NCBI GenBank assembly: GCA_034932485.1
Contig: JAYFOQ010000014.1
Span: 33,467 to 97,466 of the forward strand
DNA from: Gordonibacter sp.
Lineage (GTDB): Bacteria > Actinomycetota > Coriobacteriia > Coriobacteriales > Eggerthellaceae
Length of the DNA: 64,000 nt
Direction: 5' to 3'
Below the pieces are notes generated by a model, which ran no database searches, was not told the origin of the DNA, and saw nothing but the letters and a program-made list of their open reading frames with translations. The position numbers were made by a program, and so were the translations under genes. Shown piece after piece: positions 36,832 to 45,266 of this stretch (position 1 is its first letter; each line of letters begins with the position of its first letter).

Positions 36832-37815
36832 ATGAAGGTTGCAGTATTGATGGGCGGCGCTTCGTTTGAGCGTGAGTTCTCCTTGGCAAGCGGTAGAAAT
36901 GTATGTACCGCGCTTGAAGAGGCTGGCCATAAGGTTATACCCCTGGATACTACGTCAGATCTCGTTCCTACGCTGCGCAGCGAGCGTCCCGATGTATGCT
37001 ACAGCGCCTTGCACGGCAAACATGGCGAGGATGGTACTATTCAAAGTCTGCTGGAGTTTGTGGGCATTCCCTTTGTTGGTTCACCTGCAAGTGTGTGCCA
37101 ACGTACCTGGAACAAAGATTCACTCCATTCCGAAATGGCAACTTATCGAGCTATGACCGGCGATGCCCCTATTGCATCGTGGCCGCAGGGTCTCTACATC
37201 GCGCGCGATGCTTTTAAAAATATGGGAGCTGCTACGGCACTCGATTTGGTTGAAGAACGCGTCATTGGAGGCTACCCTGTAGCAGTGAAGCCTGCGCATG
37301 GTGGTTCGGCCATGGGTGTTCATCGGGTCGACTCTATCGATCAGCTGGGTGAGGCTATTTTGGACGCGTTGTCGTTTGACGAGGCGGTTGTTATTGAGCA
37401 GTGGGTCGAGGGTGTCGAAATGGCGGTATCCATTTTGGGTACTGGGTGGGACGCCCACGCTTTGCCTCCGGTGGAGATTGTTCCTAAAAATGGATTCTTC
37501 GGGACTGAAGCTCGTATGGAGCCGGGCGCGGTTGAGTATATCGCGCCTGTTCGGCCAATGTCACTTTCGGAAAACGAAGCTGAAGCTCAGGCTATTCGTG
37601 CCGAGATCGAGCGGGCTGCTCTTGAGGTCTATCGTGCTTACAACGTGCGTGACTTGGCTCGTGTCGACCTTATTTGGGATGGTGCTCAAGCCCGTGTATT
37701 TGAGGTAAATGTATCTCCTGGTATGTCAGAACACTCTCTGTTTGCTGCTGCCTGTGAGGCTTCCGGTCTGTCACTTTCTGGCGTTTTAGATGAATTGGTT
37801 AGGCAGTACGCATAA
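36832..37815 (+). CDS. D-alanine--D-alanine ligase family ATP-grasp enzyme with an atypical omega loop
   Basis: GGASFERE.SL.SG, LHGKHGEDG, KPAHGGS, RVD, EVNVSPG; FFGTEARM where canonical Ddl has YDYxAKY; SD AAGGAG. Confidence 0.9.
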   Translation: MKVAVLMGGASFEREFSLASGRNVCTALEEAGHKVIPLDTTSDLVPTLRSERPDVCYSALHGKHGEDGTIQSLLEFVGIPFVGSPASVCQRTWNKDSLHSEMATYRAMTGDAPIASWPQGLYIARDAFKNMGAATALDLVEERVIGGYPVAVKPAHGGSAMGVHRVDSIDQLGEAILDALSFDEAVVIEQWVEGVEMAVSILGTGWDAHALPPVEIVPKNGFFGTEARMEPGAVEYIAPVRPMSLSENEAEAQAIRAEIERAALEVYRAYNVRDLARVDLIWDGAQARVFEVNVSPGMSEHSLFAAACEASGLSLSGVLDELVRQYA

Positions 37816-38015
37816 GTTCTTTTCTGTGTATCAGTCCTAAGATGCTCTTGCGGTGCCTAGGAAAGGTACGGTAATTTAACGGCTTGGATCAGGGCGAAAG
37901 AAAATCTCTCTAACGGTTCGGTAACCTAATAATAGAGCGCTCGTGTTTTCCTTATTCGTAGCGGGCAGCTGCACCTATAATGGTCGGATAGATAAACGTC
38001 CCTAAGGAGGCAGTT

Positions 38016-38537
38016 ATGGGCAACAAATTCGGAGCTTTTCTCACCGGCGGTTTAGTCGGCGCTGTTATCGCTCTATTGTATGCGCCCCGTTCGGGCCAGG
38101 AGACGCGTGCCCTGGTTACAGATAAGGTGAACACCGCATGGGGCGAGGCGCAGAACCTCGGCGCTCAGGCATCCACCAACGCACAGCAGATGTATCAAGA
38201 TGCTGCCGCCAAAGGCCAGGAGGTTGTGAGCGATCTCTCTGCTAAGGGTCACCAAATGTACGATACCGCCAGCGCACGCGTGCAGGAGGCTGCCGATAAT
38301 ATTAAGCCGGTGTTCTCCGAGAAAAATGATGACTTACGCGAGAAGATTGAAGCCGCGCGTCAGCGTATTGCTTCGCAGGTTGCTAAAAATGCAGAGCAGG
38401 CTCACGAGGCAGTAAGCGATAAGATCCCCGTGGCGGCCGAGGCCACTCAGGATGCGGCCGATACGGCAAAGGATGTTGTCCAGGATGCTACTGAGGTTTT
38501 ACATGCTGCAAACACTTCGAGTGAGAAGTCGGAATAA
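38016..38537 (+). CDS. YtxH-domain protein
   Basis: FLTGGLVGAVIALLYAPRSGQETR signature followed by an amphipathic helical region; SD AAGGAGG. Confidence 0.9.
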   Translation: MGNKFGAFLTGGLVGAVIALLYAPRSGQETRALVTDKVNTAWGEAQNLGAQASTNAQQMYQDAAAKGQEVVSDLSAKGHQMYDTASARVQEAADNIKPVFSEKNDDLREKIEAARQRIASQVAKNAEQAHEAVSDKIPVAAEATQDAADTAKDVVQDATEVLHAANTSSEKSE

Positions 38538-38753
38538 GTCTTATCTGCGTTTTTAGGGGGGAGCTTTAACAGCTTCCTTGAGATAGAGAGTAGTATCACT
38601 TTGTAGTGTATGAAGGTGACGGGCGCGCGATCGGACGGAATGGACCGCCTGGTCGGCGTCTGCCACCTCTTTTAGTCTTTGGTGCGAGGTATTTCGGGTG
38701 GATATAGCGAAGAGAGCGCAATACGCCTGGTACCACGCTCATGTGGGGGAAAC

Positions 38754-39755
38754 ATGACCAAGCATTTAATCACAACTAATGAACTGTCTGGCGTGCGTGT
38801 TGTCGGGGGTAAGAAGGGTACTCGCCGTATTGGTAAGGTACGTCGTTTCGTCTTTCATCCGAAGGAAAAGCGTATCATAGGCTTCATGGTAAAACGCCCT
38901 GACCTGTTATGGATGTTCCGCCGTAAAGATATGTTCGTAGCAATAGATGGCTACGATGTGGTAGATGGGCGTCTGGTGGTGAAGTTGGACTCAGTTGCCA
39001 CGGACTACCGGGCTACCTGCAAGGCCTTGGGCGTAAGTTGGGATGATTGCGTACTCTGGGTTGGACTTCCTGTTATAACCGAAGATGGCGACAATTTGGG
39101 TATTGTGGGTACGGTTGCGTTTGATAATCGTACGGGTACTGTCGAGCATCTTATTACCGATAGCGGTGCGGCTGCCAATGCTCTTTTGGGGAGACGTGAA
39201 ATTCCCGCTGGATTAGTTAAGGGATTTCGCCGAGGTATGGGTGCGGCCCTTGCTCAGGCGGGCTCGGAAGTCCTTGATGGCGACGAAGCCGTGCTGGGTG
39301 CCATTATGGTAGATAACGAGGCCAAGAATCTTACTACCGAGGGTGGTCTGGCGGAAAAGGCAGGAGAGGCTACTGCAGTGGTGGCCGACAAAGCCCAGAC
39401 AGCCATTGATAAAGCGAAGCCTGTTGTAAGTAATGCTGCCAAAGTAACAGGCGAGGCGGTTAATAAAGGAGCCTACGCCACAGGCAAACAAATTGCTGCA
39501 ACTAAGGGCATGTTCTCTGGGTTCAAAGATGAATACAGTAAGGCAAGTGGCAAAAAGCAGTCTGACTCCATGGCTGTCGAGAGGTCGGGGAAGGCCCCCG
39601 CTTCGACCTCGGTAAAGAAGACGTCTACGAAAAAATCTGTTCCCACTCAGAAGACCGCCGCAGTTAAGAAACAGCCTTCTAAGAAGTCTGTTTCTCAGAA
39701 AAACATGTTTTCGGCCTTCAAGGAAGAGTATGACAAAGCCCGTAACGATGATTAG
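38754..39755 (+). CDS. Tandem PRC-barrel protein with a Lys/Ser/Thr-rich C-terminal extension
   Basis: Two PRC-like units (ELSGVRV...IGKV..F; GLPVITEDGDNLGIVGTV.FD); SD GGGGGA before ATG 38754. Confidence 0.82.
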   Translation: MTKHLITTNELSGVRVVGGKKGTRRIGKVRRFVFHPKEKRIIGFMVKRPDLLWMFRRKDMFVAIDGYDVVDGRLVVKLDSVATDYRATCKALGVSWDDCVLWVGLPVITEDGDNLGIVGTVAFDNRTGTVEHLITDSGAAANALLGRREIPAGLVKGFRRGMGAALAQAGSEVLDGDEAVLGAIMVDNEAKNLTTEGGLAEKAGEATAVVADKAQTAIDKAKPVVSNAAKVTGEAVNKGAYATGKQIAATKGMFSGFKDEYSKASGKKQSDSMAVERSGKAPASTSVKKTSTKKSVPTQKTAAVKKQPSKKSVSQKNMFSAFKEEYDKARNDD

Positions 39756-39767
39756 CCCGAGGTGCCT

Positions 39768-40579
39768 ATGACACAAAAGCGCGAGTCCCACCACAGACAC
39801 GAATCTGTCAAAGAAGAACTGCATGAGATACGTGAAGAGTTGCAAGAGAAAGCCCATCAAGAGACCACCATACGAGGTCGCAAGATGGAGAAGGCAGACA
39901 TATTCAAGTTCGTGGGGCTTCTAACTTTTTTCGCGCTCATGATACTCACGTGCGTACTTATATGGCCGCTTCTATCGGATTTATTTCAACCAGGCGGGAT
40001 ACAGCGCATTATTGAGCAGGTTCGCGGCGCAGGCATGATAGGGTTTCTTATCCTCCTGGGTATGCAGTTCTTGCAAATTGTTGTGGCGTTTATTCCTGGC
40101 GAAGTAGTACAGGTGGCTGCAGGCGTGCTGTATGGGCCTTGGATTGGGGCCTTGCTTATTCTTATTGGCTGTATCATTTCTAGTGCATTTATTTTGCGCT
40201 GGTTCATAAGCTGGGGGCACCTTTTGTGCAGGGTATCGTACCCACTAAGTACTTGGAAAAATTTCGTGCATTTGAGAAGTCGGGCAGACTGAATATTGTT
40301 GTATTCATCTTGTTTCTTATCCCCGGGCTGCCAAAAGACGTTTTTACTTATTTGGTTCCGCTTACGGACATAAAGATGAGCACGTTTTTGCTACTGTCCA
40401 ACATCGGACGAATTCCTGGCATCATTATGTCTACATACGCTGCCGATAAGTTCATTGAGGGAAATTATGCGGAGAGCATTATAGTGTTCCTCGTGGTGGG
40501 CGGCATAGGACTTCTTGGCATTATCTTTCAGAAACGTATCATGGCATTTTTAGAGAAGCATAGCTATCACCATAAGTAG
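39768..40579 (+). pseudogene. VTT/TVP38 (DedA superfamily) membrane protein split by a 1-nt frameshift
   Basis: LQIVVAFIPGE.V...AG.LYG in the first frame and FLIPGLPKDVFTYLVPLT in the second; adding one T to the T4 run at 40192-40195 restores a 270-aa ORF. Confidence 0.85.
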
Positions 40580-40722
40580 GATGCCTTTTGGAGTTTTCGG
40601 TAACGAAAAAATGAGGGCTCCCTTAAGGAGATAAACGACACGATGACGGTTCGAACGCGCCCTTGCGCGGCCGGATTAGTATGTGGTTAGTAATAAGAAA
40701 TGCACACAAAGAAAGGCACGTC

Positions 40723-41640
40723 ATGAATGCCAACGAATCGAATAATAAGGTCTCTGACGAGGTCATTAGTGCTGAAGCCGAATTCCTTGCGGCGCAAGAG
40801 GCGCTCGAAGCGGCGCGTATTCGCCTTGCTGAGTTAAAATCTATGGCACCTGTTGATTCTCAGGCGCCTGCATCAGAGTTGGCGGAAGCACCTTGCGACG
40901 AAGATGAGACCGCAGAGGTAACGGCGGTGGTCGTCGAGGAAACAACGTCTGAAGATGAGCCGGTTGTTTTTGAGGCCGTAACTGCTTGTACGGTTGGTAA
41001 TCAGGCGGGTGTTCAAGCTGATCTTAAAACGGACAATTCGATGCCGGAAGGGACTTCGTCTCAACCCGCCGCTTCGGTGCCGGAACCCCCAACAGGTGAC
41101 CCTATTCCCGAGTGGGTGCCCTACTCTACGGCACCGAAAGCTGCTCCAGTCTCTGCCGAACCGGCGCCTGTGTCGCAACCGAATCCGGCCCCGACTAACG
41201 GGGAGTACCCATCCTATCAGCAGCAGCCGCAGCCTCAGGCATCGCAGCAGGTCTATGGTGGCTATGTAGCGCCGGGCTACAGTCAGGCACCGCACGCAGG
41301 TCCGGGAGCAGTACCTCCGCAGCAGCCCTACTACGGATACCAGTATCAGCAGCCTTACTACCAACAACCTTATCCTACGGTGGTGGCATCGAAAGATCAT
41401 GTGGCCGCAGGTTTGCTTGCTATTTTCCTTGGTCAATTAGGTATTCATAAATTCTATTTGGGATACAATACGGCTGGATTTATTATGCTTGCGGTTACCA
41501 TTATAGGAAGTATCTTTACCTTTGGTCTTGCGGCGGGTGTCATGTGGATTATTGCCATCATTGAAGGTATTCTCTACCTAACCAAGTCTCAGTCGGAGTT
41601 TGAGCAAACCTATGTAATTAACAAGCGTGAGTGGTTCTAA
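40723..41640 (+). CDS. TM2-domain protein with a long acidic, Pro/Gln-rich N-terminal region
   Basis: KDHVAAGLLAIFLGQLGIHKFYLG TM2 signature; SD GAAAGG before ATG 40723. Confidence 0.88.
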   Translation: MNANESNNKVSDEVISAEAEFLAAQEALEAARIRLAELKSMAPVDSQAPASELAEAPCDEDETAEVTAVVVEETTSEDEPVVFEAVTACTVGNQAGVQADLKTDNSMPEGTSSQPAASVPEPPTGDPIPEWVPYSTAPKAAPVSAEPAPVSQPNPAPTNGEYPSYQQQPQPQASQQVYGGYVAPGYSQAPHAGPGAVPPQQPYYGYQYQQPYYQQPYPTVVASKDHVAAGLLAIFLGQLGIHKFYLGYNTAGFIMLAVTIIGSIFTFGLAAGVMWIIAIIEGILYLTKSQSEFEQTYVINKREWF

Positions 41641-41705
41641 TAAATTCGATTATTTCGGGCCGTCGTGACAGTTTACGTTGTGATGGGTAAGGTGTCCCTC
41701 ATTCG

Positions 41706-41742
41706 CGCAGTGGTACGCAATAGCGTGCTACTGCGTTTTTTT
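41706..41742 (+). terminator. Intrinsic terminator after the TM2 gene
   Basis: 13-bp stem CGCAGTGGTACGC / GCGTGCTACTGCG (G-U wobbles) followed by T7. Confidence 0.85.
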
Positions 41743-41913
41743 GAAACTTGCCGGTTAAGAAGGGTGGGTGCTCTGTGCGAACGGGCTATTTGGTTACCAT
41801 TCGCAGGGTTTTCCTGTGAAAGGTGCAGGAAAGTGGCGCTTTTTCGCTAGAATGACGATATCGACAAGGCGGGTTTGCCTTGCCTGCTGAAAGATCCAAT
41901 AAGGAGGAATACC

Positions 41914-42852
41914 ATGCCCCAAATCACTCGTGACCAGGTACGGGTGCCGGCCGATGTTATGCCGGAGTCTCGTGACGAGTACATTGAGAACTACCTGAAG
42001 GCCACGCGCGGCACGGGCCGTCTCATGCTGTTTGCGTGTGACCAGAAGATTGAACATCTCAATAAAGACTTCTACGGCGAGGGTATTGATATTGCGGATG
42101 CGGAGCCTGAGCACCTATTCAAGATTGGCGACCAGGGTGTGTGCGGTGTGTTGGCTGGGCAACGCGGTTTAATCGCACAATACGCAGCCGACTATCCCGA
42201 GATCAACTATCTTGTGAAAATGAACTCGAAGACGAATATTGTGGGCACCAATCAGGAAGATCCTTATTCTCCCCAGCTCTATGACTTGGATGCTGTTCTG
42301 GCTATGCGTGAGGCTGGTGTGAACATCGTAGGGTTGGGCTACACTCTGTATTTGGGTAGTGAGTATGAATCTACCATGTTGGCCGAAGCGGGCGAGCTTA
42401 TTGCCCAGGCTCATGCAAACGGTCTACTCGTCGTGTTGTGGATTTATCCGCGCGGTAAAGCGGTTACGGCCGAGAAAGACCCGGCGCTTATCGCGGGTGC
42501 CGCAGGTGTGGCGCTTTGTCTCGGCGCAGACTTTGTGAAGGTGAACCCGCCCAGTGCGAGCGAAGATGCAACGTCCGCCGAGAACCTGAAGATTGCCTCC
42601 ATGGCAGCTGGTCGCACCGGCCTGGTATGCGCTGGCGGCTCTACCGTTGATGCTGAAACGTTCCTTAGCCAGCTATATGACCAAATTCACGTCGGTGGTG
42701 CCACCGGTAATGCTACAGGTCGTAATATTCATCAGCGTTCGCTGGATGAAGCAGTTCGTCTGACAAAGGCTATCAGCGCTATTACGCTGGCCGATTATTC
42801 TGTTGCTGATGCACTTGCCGTCTTTAAGGGTGAAAAGGAATTCTCGCTGTAA
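41914..42852 (+). CDS. Class I fructose-bisphosphate aldolase (DhnA/archaeal type)
   Basis: ACDQKIEH, WIYPRG, GADFVKV Schiff-base Lys, AGG, GRNIHQ; SD AAGGAGG. Confidence 0.88.
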   Translation: MPQITRDQVRVPADVMPESRDEYIENYLKATRGTGRLMLFACDQKIEHLNKDFYGEGIDIADAEPEHLFKIGDQGVCGVLAGQRGLIAQYAADYPEINYLVKMNSKTNIVGTNQEDPYSPQLYDLDAVLAMREAGVNIVGLGYTLYLGSEYESTMLAEAGELIAQAHANGLLVVLWIYPRGKAVTAEKDPALIAGAAGVALCLGADFVKVNPPSASEDATSAENLKIASMAAGRTGLVCAGGSTVDAETFLSQLYDQIHVGGATGNATGRNIHQRSLDEAVRLTKAISAITLADYSVADALAVFKGEKEFSL

Positions 42853-42883
42853 GGTTATTTCCTTCTTACGGGTGGTATTTCTT

Positions 42884-42909
42884 CAAACGGGTCCTTCGGG
42901 GCCCGTTTG
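42884..42909 (+). terminator. Terminator hairpin with a cUUCGg tetraloop
   Basis: CAAACGGGTCC-TTCG-GGGCCCGTTTG. Confidence 0.7.
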
Positions 42910-43159
42910 TTGTGTGCTGTATTCTTTTGCACGTTTTACCGGTTTTTGGTTGTCCCACTTCCGTTTAGCGGTCTCCATCCCAAGTGGCATTGCATCTCCA
43001 TTGATTAACAGTAAACCAACAGGAGATATTAGCTTATTAAGAATTAGTATCAATAAGTATTTACTTTCTAATAAAATCTCGCTATAGTGCAATTCATGAT
43101 CACGAATAGGCGATCTTCATTAAGGAATTTATTTCTGCACTATGAGAGAGGATAGGCTT

Positions 43160-44707
43160 ATGGCACCTGATACTACGAAACTTACCAATGAGGTCGGCAA
43201 CCCTGTTGCTGATAATAATCACACGCTCACGGCAGGCGAGCGTGGCCCTATGATGCTCCAAGATAATTGGATGATCGAGAAGTTGGCTCATTTCGATCGC
43301 GAGGTTATTCCCGAGCGACGCATGCATGCGAAAGGGTCGGGTGCGTTCGGCACGTTTAAAGTTACCGGCGATATTAGCGAGTACACAAAGGCTAAGGTAC
43401 TTCAGCCTCATGCTGAGTCCGAAGTATTTGTACGTTTCTCCACCGTTGCCGGTGAGCGCGGTGCCGCCGATGCCGAGCGCGACATTCGTGGCTTTGCCAT
43501 GAAATTTTACACGCCTGATGGCAATTGGGATTTGGTGGGTAATAACACGCCGGTGTTCTTCTTGCGCGACCCCAAAAAATTCATCGACCTTAACCATGTG
43601 GTGAAGCGCGATCCCCATACCAATATGCATTCACCACAATCGAACTGGGATTTTTGGTCGAGTTTACCTGAGGCGTTGCACCAGGTAACCATTGTCATGT
43701 CTGATCGAGGCATTCCCGCCAGCTATCGTCACATGCATGGCTTCGGCAGCCATACCTATAGCTTGATTGATGAAAACAATAAGCGTACTTGGGTAAAGTT
43801 TCATTTGAAAACAGAGCAGGGTATTAAAAATCTTACGAATGAAGAAGCCGCACAAATTGTTGCGGGAGACCGTGAAAGCCACCAGCGCGATCTCTTTAAC
43901 GCTATCGAACGTGGAGATTTCCCTCGTTGGCGTTTCTGCATTCAGATTATGGATGAAGCTACAGCGAAAAATTACAAGGAGAACCCCTTCGACATTACGA
44001 AGACTTGGAGTCAAAAGGAATTCCCGCTTATCGAGGTAGGTGTTTTAGAGCTTAACCGCAATCCGGAAAACTATTTTGCCGATGTAGAGCAGGCGGCGTT
44101 TGCCCCAACACATTTGGTGCCAGGTATTGGGTTGTCTCCCGACAAGCTTCTGCAGGGCCGCTTGTTTGCTTATGGTGATGCACAGCGCTATCGCCTGGGC
44201 GTAAATCATAATCATATTCCGGTTAACAAGCCTCGTTGTCCTTATGCAGAATTCCATCGTGATGGTCAGATGCGCACCGATGGTAACTTTGGTGGCACCA
44301 TTGGATATGAGCCCAACAGCTACGGTCAGTGGCAACAGCAAGCCGATGCGGCAGAACCGCCTATGGATCTGTTTGGCCCCATGGATGCGTGGGATCCTGC
44401 CGACGATCCTACTGACGACACCTTCTATCAACCGGGCAATTTGTATCGCCTTATGGAGGAGGACAAGAGAGCTGCGCTTATTGCCAACACCGCAGCTGAT
44501 ATTGCTCCGGTGACGGATAATATAAAGTATCGTCATGCCGCGCATTGCTACAAGGCCGACGTGGAATATGGTGCGCGTTTGGCGGAAGCCCTTACGCTTG
44601 ACATAGATCGCGTGGCAGAACTTGCTGCGATGACGCATGAAGAGCGTATGGCTGCTACAGGACAAGCGGTTCCTGCTCGCAAGAAGGGTGGAGTTGCTAG
44701 GATGTAA
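43160..44707 (+). CDS. katA: Monofunctional heme catalase (small subunit)
   Basis: [45 protein letters not shown]. Confidence 0.96.
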   Translation: MAPDTTKLTNEVGNPVADNNHTLTAGERGPMMLQDNWMIEKLAHFDREVIPERRMHAKGSGAFGTFKVTGDISEYTKAKVLQPHAESEVFVRFSTVAGERGAADAERDIRGFAMKFYTPDGNWDLVGNNTPVFFLRDPKKFIDLNHVVKRDPHTNMHSPQSNWDFWSSLPEALHQVTIVMSDRGIPASYRHMHGFGSHTYSLIDENNKRTWVKFHLKTEQGIKNLTNEEAAQIVAGDRESHQRDLFNAIERGDFPRWRFCIQIMDEATAKNYKENPFDITKTWSQKEFPLIEVGVLELNRNPENYFADVEQAAFAPTHLVPGIGLSPDKLLQGRLFAYGDAQRYRLGVNHNHIPVNKPRCPYAEFHRDGQMRTDGNFGGTIGYEPNSYGQWQQQADAAEPPMDLFGPMDAWDPADDPTDDTFYQPGNLYRLMEEDKRAALIANTAADIAPVTDNIKYRHAAHCYKADVEYGARLAEALTLDIDRVAELAAMTHEERMAATGQAVPARKKGGVARM

Positions 44708-44905
44708 ATCTTTGTGTGACATACTGAGTTACGACGCGCCCGTTCCATTGAGTTACTACTGCTTACTTAAACCAAGCATATAGTTTTGCAGTGCATACTC
44801 GCTTCACCTTCTTGGATGGAGCGAGCATTTTCCTAACAAGACATTTTCTTTGTGAGGGAAAGTACCTTTGTTTTTATTTGACCTGAAGATTGGGGTTTAA
44901 TGATA

Positions 44906-44942
44906 AAAACAGCCGAAACCTACGAAAGGTTTCGGCTGTTTT
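44906..44942. terminator. Bidirectional terminator between katA and tRNA-Leu
   Basis: 16-bp perfect IR AAAACAGCCGAAACCT / AGGTTTCGGCTGTTTT. Confidence 0.88.
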
Positions 44943-44983
44943 AATTGAGGCAACTTTTGATAAGGTCGCCTCCTAATTGCGGA

Positions 44984-45067
44984 TGGTGCCCGAGGCGAGA
45001 GTCGAACTCGCACGTCGTTAGACAACGGTTTTTGAGACCGCCGCGTCTGCCATTCCGCCACTCGGGC
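44984..45067 (-). tRNA. tRNA-Leu(CAA)
   Basis: Reverse complement GCCCGAGTGGCGGAATGGCAGACG...GCGGT-CT-CAA-AA-ACCGT...AGTTCGACTCT...GGGCACCA; promoter TCGACG-N17-TATACT at 45078-45106. Confidence 0.97.
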
Positions 45068-45266
45068 GCAACACGAAAGTATACCGGATGCTTTGCCCCC
45101 CGTCGAGTAAAAAATACTATTGATATGAGGCCACAGCCAGTCAACATATATATGATGATCTGGCGCGCTCGTTCTGTATGTCGCATAATAGAAAAATCGT
45201 CGGCTTACGGCAGTATCTCTGCTGTACGGCCCCGCAATATGCTGGACATAAGAGAGGGAAATTATT

